6,060 nt of DNA, taken from positions 1 through 6,060 of IMG/VR virus record IMGVR_UViG_3300045988_000248; one strand, given 5' to 3'. Origin of the DNA: a virus. Each line of letters starts with the position of its first letter. The stretch's first letter is position 1. The notes below the pieces were generated by a model. The model was not told the DNA's origin and searched no databases. It was given only the letters and a program-made list of their open reading frames with translations. Position numbers and translations under genes: made by a program. Of the stretch, positions 4,614 to 6,060 are shown one piece after another.

Positions 4614-5654
4614 CTAGAATGGACAATACTCTGCTGATAAGTATTGATACATGATATCTTCCTCTTCTCTTCTGATCTGCCTTCGCTGTGCTTTCTTTCT
4701 TTTTGTCAGATTTTGTAATTTATTCATTCGATTGATCGCTTTTTTTCTTTCGATTTCCTCGATATTGTCCTCGTGTAGACCGATTCCATTTTCATTTTTT
4801 TCTTTGAGTAATCTTTCGTAGTAATCTTTGTTTACTGTGTTAGCTCCTATCACTTCGAACCCTTTTACCCATTTCGTTCCTTTGTTTTCCGCGTATAACC
4901 ATAATAATTGTCTTTGATCGTCTGTGTATATGGTTGTTTTGTAGTATCTTGGTAGAGGTAGATCTTGTCCGTTATGAGCTTTGTATGTAATGATTGTTTT
5001 CTCTCCATTCCATTTGTGTTTCAATTGGTTTTCTTTTGCGTAATTCGATCCCAGCCCTTTACTGCATAGTATGATTGATATATATTCCGGATTGTCCTCG
5101 TCTTTTTTTGTCATGTATTTTGATACATAGTTTATTGTTTTTTCGTTGACATAGCGTCCGTAATACTTGTATCCGTCTATCCAGTTTTCATACAATAATT
5201 TTGTCAGTTGCCACTTTGTTTGTCCTTCTCTTGCATAGAATAGTCCATGTAGGTGTATTCTCCTTGTATTGGTATGTCCTTTTTCCGTTACACACCAATG
5301 CTTTACTGATTTTCCTGTTTCTTTTCTGATTCTTTCTAGGAATAATCTGTGTATTTTTGTAATTATCTCGTTATCTTGTGATCCGTCGTTTTTAAATCCA
5401 TATCTTTTACAGATATATTCATATCTTTGTGGAGATACTGTTCCTGTAAAAAATACTGCATGAGGTGTTTCTTTCAGTTGTTCGTAATTTCTGATTCTCC
5501 ATTCTCTTCTCTTTTTTTTACGACACTCGAAACAGTGTCCGCATTCTACTTCTACGTATCTAAATCTTTCGTCTGTACATACAGGCGGATTCCACCTATT
5601 CTTCCGATTAGGTAGAAACCGCTTGTTTAATACTTTTTTTGTGAAGTAGCACAT
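4614..5654 (-). CDS. VP4: VP4-like replication initiation protein (HUH rolling-circle endonuclease), 346 aa from ATG 5654
   Basis: Several motifs support the call. An HUH motif, RRIHLHGLFY, has H134-L-H136 at 5255-5247. A two-tyrosine motif, NYVSKYMTKK, has Y176 at 5129-5127 and Y180 at 5117-5115 and closely resembles the phiX174 gpA active-site pattern YVAKYVNK. A motif-1-like AVFFTGTV is present. An N-terminal Cys cluster, C26-x11-CGHCFEC, resembles those seen in gokushovirus-type VP4. I prefer the start MCYFTKK at 5654 because it overlaps the VP2 stop (TAATG). An upstream in-frame ATG at 5762 would add 36 basic, low-complexity residues. Confidence 0.9.
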   Translation of the reverse strand: MCYFTKKVLNKRFLPNRKNRWNPPVCTDERFRYVEVECGHCFECRKKKRREWRIRNYEQLKETPHAVFFTGTVSPQRYEYICKRYGFKNDGSQDNEIITKIHRLFLERIRKETGKSVKHWCVTEKGHTNTRRIHLHGLFYAREGQTKWQLTKLLYENWIDGYKYYGRYVNEKTINYVSKYMTKKDEDNPEYISIILCSKGLGSNYAKENQLKHKWNGEKTIITYKAHNGQDLPLPRYYKTTIYTDDQRQLLWLYAENKGTKWVKGFEVIGANTVNKDYYERLLKEKNENGIGLHEDNIEEIERKKAINRMNKLQNLTKRKKAQRRQIRREEEDIMYQYLSAEYCPF

Positions 5655-6060
5655 TATTTTTTGATTTTTTTTGCGATAGTTTCTAGGATTTGTGCTCTGT
5701 TTTTGAATTTCATGATGGTTTCGAGAATTCCGTTTATTCTGTCCACTCCTCCATAGATCCATTCTCTTAGGTTCTGATCGGATCCGAGTTTGTATTCGTT
5801 TTCGATTTTTTTGAGCATATTTTCCGCCCCTTCTTTTGCAGCCTCTGCGGACATTCTTCTCGTGATCATTTCGTAATAGAAGTTTTCTACCTCTTTTTCG
5901 ATCTTTCTTGCTGTATGATAATTTATGTCTGTAGCTGATTCTGCGAGTGATCCTTCTTTTTGGATTTTTGCTATTTCTGACACGAGACGAGTCACCCTAT
6001 CTTCTTGTGTTTTGTCTAGATATTCCCTATCTAATACAGCTATTTTCCAATCTTCGACTG
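5654..6060 (-). CDS. VP2: VP2-like pilot protein, 3' (C-terminal) part; 6006-6060 duplicates 1-55, so the unique part is 5654-6005
   Basis: The track ORF 5654-5995 begins at a GTG (5995-5993) that is internal. The frame stays open upstream to the window edge (…VEDWKIAVLDREYLDKTQEDR-VTRLVSEIAK…) and joins the 1-695 segment in frame. The stop TAA is at 5656-5654. Confidence 0.85.
   Translation of the reverse strand, partial: VEDWKIAVLDREYLDKTQEDRVTRLVSEIAKIQKEGSLAESATDINYHTARKIEKEVENFYYEMITRRMSAEAAKEGAENMLKKIENEYKLGSDQNLREWIYGGVDRINGILETIMKFKNRAQILETIAKKIKK
6006..6060. repeat. Terminal direct repeat, copy B; duplicate of 1-55
   Basis: Exact 55/55 identity to positions 1-55. It is most simply explained as assembly overlap of a circular contig. 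Confidence 0.97.

Noticed and set aside
5269-5615. Plus-strand ORFs 5269-5463 and 5427-5615
   Set aside because: They are antisense to the Rep gene, including its HUH region. The F/L/S/C-rich translations are typical of the antisense of an A-rich coding strand.
5655-5762. The 382-aa version of Rep starting at ATG 5762
   Set aside because: The extension, MDLWRSGQNKRNSRNHHEIQKQSTNPRNYRKKNQKI, is basic and low-complexity and lies in an alternative frame of the VP2 C-terminus. The MC... start at 5654 fits the TAATG coupling and the usual microvirus Rep N-terminus. It is retained as an alternative in the findings rather than as the primary call.

Overview
The window appears to be one complete, circularly permuted genome of a small ssDNA phage of the family Microviridae. 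It looks like the non-phiX, gokushovirus/Alpavirinae-like type with a large capsid gene. The first 55 nt (1-55) are repeated exactly at 6006-6060, so the unit length is 6005 nt and the window closes on itself. All credible genes are on the minus strand, so the window is the reverse complement of the coding, presumably packaged, strand; the given strand is visibly T-rich. In transcription order (descending coordinates, wrapping at 1/6005) the genes are as follows. First is a VP2-like pilot/minor capsid protein that spans the circular junction (695->1, then 6005->5654; 348 aa). The ORF track misses its N-terminal two thirds. Next is the VP4-like HUH rolling-circle Rep (5654->4614), whose start overlaps the VP2 stop in TAATG. 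A roughly 270-nt noncoding island follows (4341-4613), visibly GC-richer and packed with hairpins. Then come five tightly packed or overlapping small ORFs with no function I can recognise (4250->3153), one of which looks like a small lipoprotein. Then the 649-aa VP1/F-like major capsid protein (3149->1200) and a 112-aa acidic-tailed protein (1197->859). The circle closes with a 163-nt spacer containing a terminator-like hairpin. I see no rRNA, tRNA, CRISPR array, transposase or integrase. All plus-strand ORFs in the track are antisense shadows. Family assignments rest on remembered motif patterns and gene architecture, not on database searches, which I cannot run.
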